Positions 9,743 through 22,008 of a stretch of DNA of 31,069 nt are shown here, piece after piece. Position numbers and translations under genes: made by a program. The notes beneath the pieces are model-generated. The model searched no databases. It saw only the letters and a program-made list of their open reading frames with translations, and was not told where the DNA came from. The stretch is from Candidatus Woesearchaeota archaeon (GTDB lineage Archaea > Nanobdellota > Nanobdellia > SCGC-AAA011-G17 > GW2011-AR20), in the NCBI GenBank assembly GCA_018302725.1, contig JAGVZJ010000024.1, forward strand, positions 1 to 31,069, given 5' to 3'. Positions within the stretch are counted from its first letter, which is position 1. Every line of letters starts with the position of its first letter.

Positions 9743-9936
9743 CTGTTTTTTTCTTTTATGTACAATATATATTCTTAATCCATATATAATATATAGAGTA
9801 TATGCATAGATTTATCTGTCAGAAATGGATGCTTTTTTCATTAGACGCTTTCGTATCCTTCCATAAATGCTTCTTCCCAGTCACTGATTTCATCGTCCTC
9901 CAATTGTGCTTCCCTTCCTTCATCAGTGTAGATGTC
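9605..9936. repeat. Imperfect 87-nt direct repeat (9605-9691 and 9850-9936)
   Basis: Shared coding core of the two small acidic ORFs: 26 of 29 codons give identical residues. Confidence 0.9.
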
Positions 9937-9984
9937 TTCTTCTAGGTCTTCAAGAAGTTCTTTTTTTCTTTGTATTTGTATCAT
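9841..9984 (-). CDS. Small acidic protein, copy B (47 aa; absent from the ORF track)
   Basis: Manual translation [47 protein letters not shown]. Confidence 0.8.
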   Translation of the reverse strand: MIQIQRKKELLEDLEEDIYTDEGREAQLEDDEISDWEEAFMEGYESV

Positions 9985-10059
9985 CAAAAATTTAAGAAAC
10001 TTTTAAATATATATAAGTAGCCTATATATTTTATATTTAGTATATAACGGGGGGTTAGA

Positions 10060-11022
10060 TTGGGAGAGAATAATGAGGCTGATGTAAGAAAATTAATCAA
10101 ATTTGGCAGTTCTTCTTTTGTTATATCTCTGCCTTCTAGCTGGGTAAAAATACATGGTTTAAAAAAAGGGGATAATCTTTATCTTAATGAGACCGATGGT
10201 AGAGACTTAATTCTTACCGCTTCAAAAGATAAAAAAGTAAGAGAGATTAAAAAGGCTGTAATAAATGTCAATAACAAACTCCTTGACCGGATAAAAAGAG
10301 AAATAATCTCTGTTTATATCTCTGGCTGTACCCATTTTGTGTTGGAAGGGGATCTTAAGGGTTATACTGAAGAGATTGATAAGAGTCTGCATAATTTAAT
10401 GGGCTTGGAAGTTGTTGAACAAACTTCTGAAAGGACGATAGTCAAAGATTTTTTAGATATTGAGGAAGTTTCTGTTGATGATATATTCAGAAGAATGGAT
10501 TTAATAGTAAGGTCTATGATAACTGATTCTAAAAATTGTTTTAACAACCAGTTTTACAGGCAAATTAACCACAGGGACATTACGGTAAACAAACTAAGAT
10601 TTTTAATGCTAAGAATACTAAATGAATCCCTGCATAACCCGAGAGTGATGGGGGCTATCCAAAAATCTGGAATGACTGTTTATGATGCTTGGCTTTTATT
10701 AATAAACCTGGAAGATATTGCAGATGCTTCTAGGAGAATTGCACGTCTCCTCAAGGAGAAAAGATTCAGCCCACTTGAATTGAAAGAGATAAATGAAGTC
10801 TATAACAAAATTGAGACTTCTTACCTCCAGGCAATAAAAGCATTTTATAAGAAAGATAAGGATGTTGCCCATAAAGTTGCCGATAACAAGTTTATGATCG
10901 TTGAGAAGTGTGACAATCTTTTTAAGAAAACAAAGAACAAGTGGATGGTGTCTATTCTTGAGAAATTTAAAGGAATGGAAAGTTATGTTAGAAACATAGC
11001 AAGGATAGTTATTAACCAGTAA
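10060..11022 (+). CDS. Archaeal phosphate-uptake regulator (AbrB-like N-terminus plus PhoU-like domains)
   Basis: RKLIKFGSSSFVISLPSSWV is an AbrB-like motif, followed by PhoU-like helical repeats (RRMDLIVRSM, VNKLRFL, LEDIAD). TTG start with GGGGG upstream. Confidence 0.85.
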   Translation: MGENNEADVRKLIKFGSSSFVISLPSSWVKIHGLKKGDNLYLNETDGRDLILTASKDKKVREIKKAVINVNNKLLDRIKREIISVYISGCTHFVLEGDLKGYTEEIDKSLHNLMGLEVVEQTSERTIVKDFLDIEEVSVDDIFRRMDLIVRSMITDSKNCFNNQFYRQINHRDITVNKLRFLMLRILNESLHNPRVMGAIQKSGMTVYDAWLLLINLEDIADASRRIARLLKEKRFSPLELKEINEVYNKIETSYLQAIKAFYKKDKDVAHKVADNKFMIVEKCDNLFKKTKNKWMVSILEKFKGMESYVRNIARIVINQ

Positions 11023-11067
11023 TTGCCGGATAATAAGCCTTAAATAACTTATTATTCTGTTACTTTT

Positions 11068-12405
11068 ATGTCAGTTCGACAAGTCCCTATTGAATTGAGC
11101 ACTTATCTTCATAGTAGACTTCCGACTATTCTTGGGAGTTATTTTTCTAGGACTGTTGAAGTAAAGAATTATGAAGTGAGAGTGCCTCCTCAAACAAGCT
11201 TTAGCAGTAGTTTGTTCCAAATTGGGGTTGACTTTGTTTCTTCTGGTAGAGAAGGGCATATTGAGCTGTTCCTGAAACAACCAAGATACAGACGAGATGG
11301 AAGGGCAGCAGGGTTTGATGGGATGAAGGACAAAAGGGCAGACATGGTTAGTTATGAAGCATCAAGACTTACACATTCTAGGAATCTTGGATGTAACACT
11401 CCTAAGTTGGTAGCAAGAGATGGAGACAGAATTTTTATGGAGTTTATAGAAGGAGATAAACTTCAAACTCTTCTTTACAGAAGTGTAGACACCCCAGAAG
11501 ATCAAATGTTATTATTATCTGGTGTAATGGCACAATTGGCGGATACTCATAATAGATGGAAATCTAGTTTTACTCTTTTTGGGGATTATCTAACTGTCAG
11601 ATCAAGAGAATATGGAAGGAGATTTGCTACAGCTTTAAGCAAGGTTATTGGGGGTGAACTACCTTCATCTGAAAGAAGAGCCATTTTAGACGTGTTTGAT
11701 AGAAGGGGACTATCTGAAGTAATAAATGAGTATGATGAAGGTTTAATTCATGGGGATCTTCACCCTGGGCAGGTTATTATTACAAAGAAGGGGGAAGTAT
11801 ATTTTGTTGATCTTGGAAGATTTAGTCAAGGTCCAGTATTGTTTGATTTAGCTTCTGTTTTAACTTCTCCTTTAGCGAACCTTGGTAGAAGCCATAAATC
11901 TCTTGTTGCTAAACAGTATAGAGAAGAGAGGGAATTAAAAAAAGGAGACTTGACATTTAGGGATTCTCTTCATGCAACAACCCTTCTTTGTAGTCTTATT
12001 GCAGCTTCACACACATCTTCTTTGGTGCATAATGAGAGAACAGTTCATATTTTCCAAGCTTACAAAGAGGAGTTTCCAGAATCTGCACAGTTAATTCAAG
12101 TTTTCCCAGATTGGTATATTTGGAATGCGTTAAATGAGGTGGACTATCTTGTAAAAGAGGGGATTGGATCGGGGGGAGTAAGCACTCTTAGGGATATTTT
12201 AAGAAAACATTTTGGAGATAAAGCTGTTAACCCCTTGGTTGGGCTTGTAGATATTGAGCTAAGACAGAATACCAATGATCATAATGGTTATATGAAGGGT
12301 ATTACTTTAGGTAATTCTGGCAGTAATGGTCTTGAGGGGGGAGGGGATAGCGTAGCCATATTAGACCCCAAAACCACAAATAGAGCTTTTACTACTTCTA
12401 GATAG
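11068..12405 (+). CDS. Aminoglycoside phosphotransferase/choline-kinase-like phosphotransferase
   Basis: LFLKQ (ATP-site Lys), TPKLV..MEFIEG, HGDLHPGQ catalytic loop, FVDLG metal-binding loop, then PVLFDLA. Confidence 0.8.
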   Translation: MSVRQVPIELSTYLHSRLPTILGSYFSRTVEVKNYEVRVPPQTSFSSSLFQIGVDFVSSGREGHIELFLKQPRYRRDGRAAGFDGMKDKRADMVSYEASRLTHSRNLGCNTPKLVARDGDRIFMEFIEGDKLQTLLYRSVDTPEDQMLLLSGVMAQLADTHNRWKSSFTLFGDYLTVRSREYGRRFATALSKVIGGELPSSERRAILDVFDRRGLSEVINEYDEGLIHGDLHPGQVIITKKGEVYFVDLGRFSQGPVLFDLASVLTSPLANLGRSHKSLVAKQYREERELKKGDLTFRDSLHATTLLCSLIAASHTSSLVHNERTVHIFQAYKEEFPESAQLIQVFPDWYIWNALNEVDYLVKEGIGSGGVSTLRDILRKHFGDKAVNPLVGLVDIELRQNTNDHNGYMKGITLGNSGSNGLEGGGDSVAILDPKTTNRAFTTSR

Positions 12406-12484
12406 TTAAAATAATCACCTTTAAATAGCTTAAATTCTATGTATTTATAGAGGAATACTTAAAAACAACGAAAGATGGGAGTCT

Positions 12485-14206
12485 ATGAAAATGGCACAAA
12501 CAAGAGCTCTAATCTGCTTATTAACGGGACATGTGGATCATGGAAAGTCCCAGATAATCGAGACTATATCAAAAAGAAAGATTATAGCAAAAGAAGCAGG
12601 AAGGATTACCCAGAAGATAAGCGCTGTGAAAACAGATATTAAAGACATTTCTTCTTTGATGGGGGGGTTATTAAGCAATTTTAAGTCAAAAATCAAAATT
12701 CCTGGTTTTTTATTCATTGACAGCCCGGGTCATGCTGCTTTTACAAATTTAAGAAAAAGGGGGGGAAGTCTAGCTGATATTGCAATATTGGTTGTAGATG
12801 CTAATGAAGGGATCCTTGAACAGACAAAAGAAGCTGTTGAAATTCTGAAGCAATATAAAACACCATTTATTATTGCTTTAAACAAGATTGATTTAATCAG
12901 CGGATGGAGATCCAATAAAGAAAAGGGAATTCTTGATAACATAAACTCTCAAGGAGAGAATGTGAGGAATAAGCTTGATATTAAACTTTATGAAGTTGTT
13001 GGAAAGGTTCATGAGTTAGGGTTTAATGCTGAGAGATTTGACAGAGTCAGTGATTATACAAAACAAGTCGCAATTGTCCCTATTTCTGCGAAAACAGGGG
13101 AGGGTTTGCAGGAGTTATTATTCGTTCTGATTGGGTTAGCTCAGAAATACTTGGAAAAAGAGCTGCAGGTGGAACTTAGCAGAGGGGGGAAGGGAGTAAT
13201 TTTAGAGGTGAGAGAGGATAAGGGGCTAGGTACAGTACTGGATGTTGTGTTGTATGACGGGAAAATAAGAGTAAATGATGATATTATAATCGGAGGATTA
13301 GAGGAGCCAATTGTCAGCAAGGTAAGGAATATGTTTGAAATGAGAAAACCCGTTGATAAGGTTGAGGCAGCTGCGAATGTTACACTAATTGCACCTAATC
13401 TTGAAAATGTTTATTCTGGAATGCCGCTGATGGTTGCGGAAAAGAGAGCTGATATTGAAAAAATAAAAAAAGAAATTCAGGAGCAAGTAGAAGAGGTTTT
13501 AATTGAAAGTAGCAATGAGGGGATTATTGCAAAAGCGGACAGCTTGGGAAGTTTGGAAGCTCTTATCGGCCTGTTAAAGGAAAGCAATATTCCTATTAAG
13601 AGAGCTGGAATCGGGGAGATTAATAAAAAAGATGTTGCAGAAGCAGAATCGCAAAAAGATGAGCTAAACAGAGTGATAGTTGGGTTTAATGTAAAGAATG
13701 TAAAAGAAGAAGTCAGTGTTATTACAAGTGATGTTATTTATGAGATTATTGAGAAATTAGAAAAATGGAGAGAGGGGAGAAAGAGGGAAGAAGAAACAAA
13801 AAAACTAAAGAAATTGCTAAGGCCTTGTAAGATTTATGTAATCCCAAATTTTGTTTTCAGACAAAGTAATCCTGCAGTTGTTGGCGTAGAAGTTTTAGGA
13901 GGAACTTTAAAATCAAATATGCATTTAATGAACGGAAATGGAAAAAGGGTCGCAGATGTTAAAAGCATTCAAGATGAAGGAAAAAATTTAGATGAAGCTG
14001 GGAAAGGCAAACAAGTGGCTATTTCTTTACCCGGGGTTATTGTAGGGAGACAGATTGTTGAGGGGCAGGTGCTGCTTTCAGATATAAACGAGCCTGAATT
14101 TAAAAAGTTGAAGGAGATGAAAAGCTTTTTAAACAGCGATGAAATCGGATTGTTAAAAGAGATAGCTGAATTGAAGAGAAAAGATAACCCTTTATGGGGA
14201 GTTTAA
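12485..14206 (+). CDS. infB: Translation initiation factor aIF5B (IF-2)
   Basis: GHVDHGKS, FIDSPGHAAFTNLRKRGGSLADIAILVVD, LNKID, KADSLGSLEAL and FRQSNPAVVGV motifs; followed by rps6e. Confidence 0.96.
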   Translation: MKMAQTRALICLLTGHVDHGKSQIIETISKRKIIAKEAGRITQKISAVKTDIKDISSLMGGLLSNFKSKIKIPGFLFIDSPGHAAFTNLRKRGGSLADIAILVVDANEGILEQTKEAVEILKQYKTPFIIALNKIDLISGWRSNKEKGILDNINSQGENVRNKLDIKLYEVVGKVHELGFNAERFDRVSDYTKQVAIVPISAKTGEGLQELLFVLIGLAQKYLEKELQVELSRGGKGVILEVREDKGLGTVLDVVLYDGKIRVNDDIIIGGLEEPIVSKVRNMFEMRKPVDKVEAAANVTLIAPNLENVYSGMPLMVAEKRADIEKIKKEIQEQVEEVLIESSNEGIIAKADSLGSLEALIGLLKESNIPIKRAGIGEINKKDVAEAESQKDELNRVIVGFNVKNVKEEVSVITSDVIYEIIEKLEKWREGRKREEETKKLKKLLRPCKIYVIPNFVFRQSNPAVVGVEVLGGTLKSNMHLMNGNGKRVADVKSIQDEGKNLDEAGKGKQVAISLPGVIVGRQIVEGQVLLSDINEPEFKKLKEMKSFLNSDEIGLLKEIAELKRKDNPLWGV

Positions 14207-14207
14207 G

Positions 14208-14645
14208 ATGGTTGAGTTTAAAATTGTTGTGGGAAGCAAGGGAAAAAGTTATAGCAAATCCTTGACTGAGATTGAAAGTTCTAGCTTGTTAAATAAAAAA
14301 ATAATGGATAGAGTTGAGGGGAAAGAGATTGGTTTGCTTGGGTATGAGTTACAGATAACTGGTGGAAGCGATAACGCAGGTTTTCCAATGAGGTATGATC
14401 TTGATGGAAGTGGAAGGAAACAGATTTTGTTAACAAAAGGGCCTTGTGTTAAAATAAAAAGAAAAGGGATGAGAAAAATAAAAACGGTTGTGGGAAATAC
14501 AATCAGCCAAATTACTTCTCAGGTCAACTTAAAAGTTACTAAAGAGGGAAGTGAGAAATTAGACAAGATATTTGGGAAGGAAGAGGCACCAGCAGAAGAA
14601 CAAAAAAAAGAAGCTAAAGAAGAAAAGAAAGAACAGCCAAAATAA
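14208..14645 (+). CDS. rps6e: 30S ribosomal protein S6e
   Basis: GYELQITGGSDNAGFPMR and RKIKTVVGNTI motifs; E/K-rich tail. Confidence 0.96.
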   Translation: MVEFKIVVGSKGKSYSKSLTEIESSSLLNKKIMDRVEGKEIGLLGYELQITGGSDNAGFPMRYDLDGSGRKQILLTKGPCVKIKRKGMRKIKTVVGNTISQITSQVNLKVTKEGSEKLDKIFGKEEAPAEEQKKEAKEEKKEQPK

Positions 14646-14709
14646 GAGAAAAAACAAAACTAATTTTTTATCTAGGAGAATTTAAATACTAAAAAATGTT
14701 TTAAAAGTT

Positions 14710-16773
14710 ATGAAAAAAGAGTTGTTGCTTATTTTAATTGCTTTTATCTTGGTTATTTCAGGATGCCAAAACATTATCGGGACTGATATTGGCAGCGGGG
14801 GCAAAGATGAAGTTAGCAGCTATAGGTTAACTGGAGATTTTGATTCTGATAACTGCATTACTGAGGTAGATGCAAATTTATTAAGTGAAGAATTGAAAAA
14901 TCCTGAGGAAAGCAGAAATTTATTCTTTGATGTAAATAAGGACAGCATTGTGAATAGTGACGATTTCCTTGCTTTAGCAGATAATTTTGGAGTGTGTGCT
15001 TGTAGTAAAGATGGAACTCTCTCTGGACAGTGTTCCACTTCACCCATCTATGGGCAACCTTTCTTCTGTAGCTCTGGATTGGAATTGGAAGGTAATTGCT
15101 TTAACTGTGGCTGTCCTGAGAATGAAAGATGCGCTGCTTCTGGCTACTGTGAGAAAGATTTGGATGGTGTAAGGCTTTATGTGTCTACTGAGAAAGACAC
15201 GTACCTTACTGGGGAAAAAATAGAATTTTTATCTGAGTTTAAGATAACCTTGGGTACAGAAGTTATAGACGTTGTGAGGTCTATCCCTATTTTTTATAAG
15301 AATTATCAATCACAAATAATCCAAACTGTTGGAGGGCAGTATGTTAAACGGCCTATAAAAAATGCTTTTGACGGTTATATTGTTATATTTAATGAGCCTT
15401 CTGTTATTCAGGCGAGGGATAATTATCTTAGATTAAAAGCTAAGAGGATAGGAGAAGCGTCCACTCTTAATGATGAGCTTATGACACACTTTAACAGTCT
15501 AAGGAGGGCTCATAACTCAGTTTTAGGAATGAATGAAAGAACAGATGCTTTAACAGGTTACCAGATAAGAAGAGAGCTCATAATTAAATCTGAATATTTT
15601 TCCTTGCTGAATGGAGCATGGGTGGATGGTCCTGAAAGTGAGATACAGAGAATTAAAGATTCCCCATTGGTTAAAAGCGTTACTCCCAGTTATTTGTACT
15701 ATCCAATATTATACAGGAGTGTTCCTAACATTAATGCAAATAATGTTGCATCAAAAGATGGTTCTGACTTTTTAACTGGGAGAGGTGTCAGGGTTGCTGT
15801 GTTGGATACTGGTATAGACTATACCCACAAAGATTTTGGGGGGTGCACTAAAGATCAAGTTGAAACTGAGTCTTGCCTTAAAGTGTATGATAGTTACAAC
15901 CTAATTGATGAGGATAATAATATTCTTGATGCTAATGGGCATGGAACTCATGTAGCTAGCATTATTGCAGGGAATGGGGAAATCAAAGGTGTTGCTCCGG
16001 AGGCCTCATTAATGATTTATAAGGTCTGTGATGATTATGGGGGTTGCCCTGAAGGAGCTATACTGGCTGGGTTGGAAAGAGCAATAGACCCAAATCAGGA
16101 TTTTCAATATGAAGACAGAGCTGATGTTATTAGCATGAGTTTGGGCGGTCTTGCATCTAATCCCCCTGAGGATGACATCTTCTATTTATCAGTTGATAAT
16201 GCTATAAGCGCTGGAAGTGTTGTTGTTATAGCGGCAGGGAATAATGGACCAGGCAAGGGGACTATCGGCTCTCCTGGTTCATTACAGAAAGCTATAACTG
16301 TAGGGGCGTTATGTTTACCTGAGCAGATATGGAACAATGAATATTGTAAGACAGAATATCCTTACATCGCAGAGTTTAGTTCAAGAGGTCCATCTTTTGT
16401 TAATGATAAACCAGACATAGTTGCTCCAGGTGTGGATATCTGTGCTGCAAAGAGCAGTAGAGTTTCTGGTGATGATTTTGAAGAGTGTATAGATAATGAG
16501 CATATTACACTATCCGGAACTTCAATGGCTACACCTCATGTTAGCGGAGTTGTAGCTCTCATTAAACAAGAGCATCCTGAATGGAATTATCTAAAAGTAA
16601 AGAATGCTCTGAAGTATACAGCTACTGATTTAGGCTATCCTAGGTATATTCAAGGAAGCGGTCTAATAAATGTTAGAAACGCTCTAAACTTTGATAAAGA
16701 GTACAATCTGGAGATAACTGCTGTTGGCGGGGGTTATTATGACTATGTGGAGGTGGAAGATGAAGGGGATTAA
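14710..16773 (+). CDS. Subtilisin-family (S8) serine protease lipoprotein with dockerin-like and 8-Cys modules and an I9-like propeptide
   Basis: Lipobox ISG-C; catalytic triad in VAVLDTGID, NGHGTHVAS and GTSMATPHV; oxyanion-hole AAGN. Confidence 0.93.
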   Translation: MKKELLLILIAFILVISGCQNIIGTDIGSGGKDEVSSYRLTGDFDSDNCITEVDANLLSEELKNPEESRNLFFDVNKDSIVNSDDFLALADNFGVCACSKDGTLSGQCSTSPIYGQPFFCSSGLELEGNCFNCGCPENERCAASGYCEKDLDGVRLYVSTEKDTYLTGEKIEFLSEFKITLGTEVIDVVRSIPIFYKNYQSQIIQTVGGQYVKRPIKNAFDGYIVIFNEPSVIQARDNYLRLKAKRIGEASTLNDELMTHFNSLRRAHNSVLGMNERTDALTGYQIRRELIIKSEYFSLLNGAWVDGPESEIQRIKDSPLVKSVTPSYLYYPILYRSVPNINANNVASKDGSDFLTGRGVRVAVLDTGIDYTHKDFGGCTKDQVETESCLKVYDSYNLIDEDNNILDANGHGTHVASIIAGNGEIKGVAPEASLMIYKVCDDYGGCPEGAILAGLERAIDPNQDFQYEDRADVISMSLGGLASNPPEDDIFYLSVDNAISAGSVVVIAAGNNGPGKGTIGSPGSLQKAITVGALCLPEQIWNNEYCKTEYPYIAEFSSRGPSFVNDKPDIVAPGVDICAAKSSRVSGDDFEECIDNEHITLSGTSMATPHVSGVVALIKQEHPEWNYLKVKNALKYTATDLGYPRYIQGSGLINVRNALNFDKEYNLEITAVGGGYYDYVEVEDEGD

Positions 16774-18295
16774 GATTCTAATTTTATTCTTACTTGTATT
16801 TATTACTGGATGTGTAACTGAGTTTTATATTCCTGAGGATGAGTTTACTATACAAGGTTATACTGATGTAGAAAATTTTGACCATTATACTGTAGAAGTT
16901 GGGAGGGGCTTAAATCCTAATCTGTTTAGTAATGAAGGTGTTAAATTAAGATTTGATGGGAAAAGAAACTTAAGAAATGAAGCTATAGCTAAAGTTGATG
17001 TTGGACATTTATCAGATGGGCTTAATACAATCAGAATAACTGTTTATGATAAATCTGGCAATACCTTCTATGAATATTCCTACATATATGTTGATAATGA
17101 CAGGATTATTTATCCTGAAGAAAATATGAACTTTGAACTGGTAAAGGAATCCCCTGCCAATCGTCCTCCTATTTATTATATCATTGAAGAAAAACCTGGG
17201 ACTGCTGAGGATGGGGTTGTTGTAATTATGAGCGAGGAAGATAATGAAGGAAGTTTATCAGAGAATACTGCTGAGGAAGTGACAAAAAGAAAAATCCCTG
17301 GCTCAAAAATTAATATTGTAGGAAAGAGAAGTGAAACAGGGAGTGCAAGATACAAAATAGATTATACGTATGATCCAGACAAGAGAGTATGGTTTACTAA
17401 AGGGATTGAATTAATGGAACCAAATGAAGGAGATGTGTTAGCAACTTTAGATCTCAAGGAATTGAAATATGAGGGAGGGTTAACGATTCGTTTAAGGAAA
17501 TTCAATGAGGTGAATTTAGCTTCTACTGAAACTGTAACAATATCTGTACATTCTGATTTATATTCTTCATTAGATCTTAAATTTAGATCTGAGTTACAAA
17601 ATCTTGGCAATGTCAATTTAAGGGGATTACTTACTATTGGTATTGATAGATTTAGTGGGGCAGAAGGGAAGATAGAAAATGGTGATAAAAAGTATTCTCT
17701 GAATGTTGGAGAAATTGTTGCTATAGGAGGCCACAACTTAATCCTTGATAGAGTCGGTGCTGGCGGTGAGGTGTCTGTGCAAGTAGATGGTCTCAGAACT
17801 CTGATAGCAAGAGGCAGTACTATAGACTTTAATGGTTTAAGGATAACAAATTATGAGTCTTTTTATGATCCTGATGATATTGAAAATGGATCAGCGGTTT
17901 TGTTAGTAGTACTTTTAGACCCAGTTGTTGAAGATTTATGGGATGATTATAAACTTGTAATGGATAAAGTTCCTTTTACTTTATTAAGAAGACAAAATTT
18001 TGATTTAAGTAGACTAAACTTGAACGATTTAAAGGTAGATGAACCTGGGAAGTATAGGATATATGCTAGATTTGATTATAGAGATGAATCCAGAGTTTCT
18101 TATTATTTATTTGATGTCATTGAAAGAACAGGAGGGGATTATTGTACTGATAATACATTAAGAAATGCTTGCTCTACAAAGAGTATTTCCTATTATTGTG
18201 GCTCTGACTTACAATTAGCGCAAAACTGTCAATTTTGCGGGTGTCCTAGTGGATTTCTATGTCAGACAATAGGTAGATGTAGTGCGATTTTTTAA
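16760..18295 (+). CDS. Multi-domain beta-rich lipoprotein, partner of the S8 protease (511 aa)
   Basis: Start reassigned to ATG 16760 (GGAGGTG upstream). Signal MKGIKILILFLLVFITG-C; two Ig-like repeats; C-terminal 8-Cys module. Confidence 0.8.
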   Translation: MKGIKILILFLLVFITGCVTEFYIPEDEFTIQGYTDVENFDHYTVEVGRGLNPNLFSNEGVKLRFDGKRNLRNEAIAKVDVGHLSDGLNTIRITVYDKSGNTFYEYSYIYVDNDRIIYPEENMNFELVKESPANRPPIYYIIEEKPGTAEDGVVVIMSEEDNEGSLSENTAEEVTKRKIPGSKINIVGKRSETGSARYKIDYTYDPDKRVWFTKGIELMEPNEGDVLATLDLKELKYEGGLTIRLRKFNEVNLASTETVTISVHSDLYSSLDLKFRSELQNLGNVNLRGLLTIGIDRFSGAEGKIENGDKKYSLNVGEIVAIGGHNLILDRVGAGGEVSVQVDGLRTLIARGSTIDFNGLRITNYESFYDPDDIENGSAVLLVVLLDPVVEDLWDDYKLVMDKVPFTLLRRQNFDLSRLNLNDLKVDEPGKYRIYARFDYRDESRVSYYLFDVIERTGGDYCTDNTLRNACSTKSISYYCGSDLQLAQNCQFCGCPSGFLCQTIGRCSAIF

Positions 18296-18486
18296 TGCAA
18301 AATTAAGCTTATTTCACCCTTCTTTTCTGGTCATTAAAAAGTACATATTTTCTTTATAAATCTTTGTATGACTAAATTTTTTTTTGGCCTCTAGAAGGCT
18401 TGTAATAGCAAAATTTTAAGGAATTGGCTTGAGAAAAGTATTTAAAGAAAAGAGTTGCTTTTTATATTAAAAAGGGGTAATGGTAG

Positions 18487-21699
<3,213 letters not shown>

Positions 21700-21700
21700 A

Positions 21701-22006
21701 ATGGAAACAGAAAGTTATGTCACTGAATTTTTAGGGCACTACAAGGAGAAAGATTATAGAAGAGCGTATGATGTTTTTTTAGAACATGGCGATGATTTAG
21801 TAGTTAGGGTTGGGAGGGACGAGCTAGTACAAATATTTACTGAATTTATAAATTCAGGTATGGCCTCTGAAGCTCATGAGTTGTACCAATCAGCTGTAAG
21901 AGTTAATAGAAATGACCTGGTAGAAGGAATTGAGATGGAAATGGCCCTCTTAGATTTAGGTGCTGCTAAGAGAAGAATGATTACAAAGAGGAGTAAAATG
22001 AACTAA
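21701..22006 (+). CDS. Hypothetical helical protein (101 aa) between gyrB and gyrA
   Basis: Starts 1 nt after the gyrB stop and ends 2 nt before the gyrA ATG. Confidence 0.75.
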   Translation: METESYVTEFLGHYKEKDYRRAYDVFLEHGDDLVVRVGRDELVQIFTEFINSGMASEAHELYQSAVRVNRNDLVEGIEMEMALLDLGAAKRRMITKRSKMN

Positions 22007-22008
22007 AA

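Noticed and set aside
9605-9936. 87-nt repeat as a CRISPR remnant, ncRNA or IS end
   Set aside because: Only two copies, and the differences are mostly synonymous in one reading frame, so it is a protein-coding duplication.
9743-10059. Clusters of TATATA runs in the intergenic segments as a novel repeat element
   Set aside because: Adequately explained by TATA boxes of adjacent and divergent promoters in AT-rich DNA.
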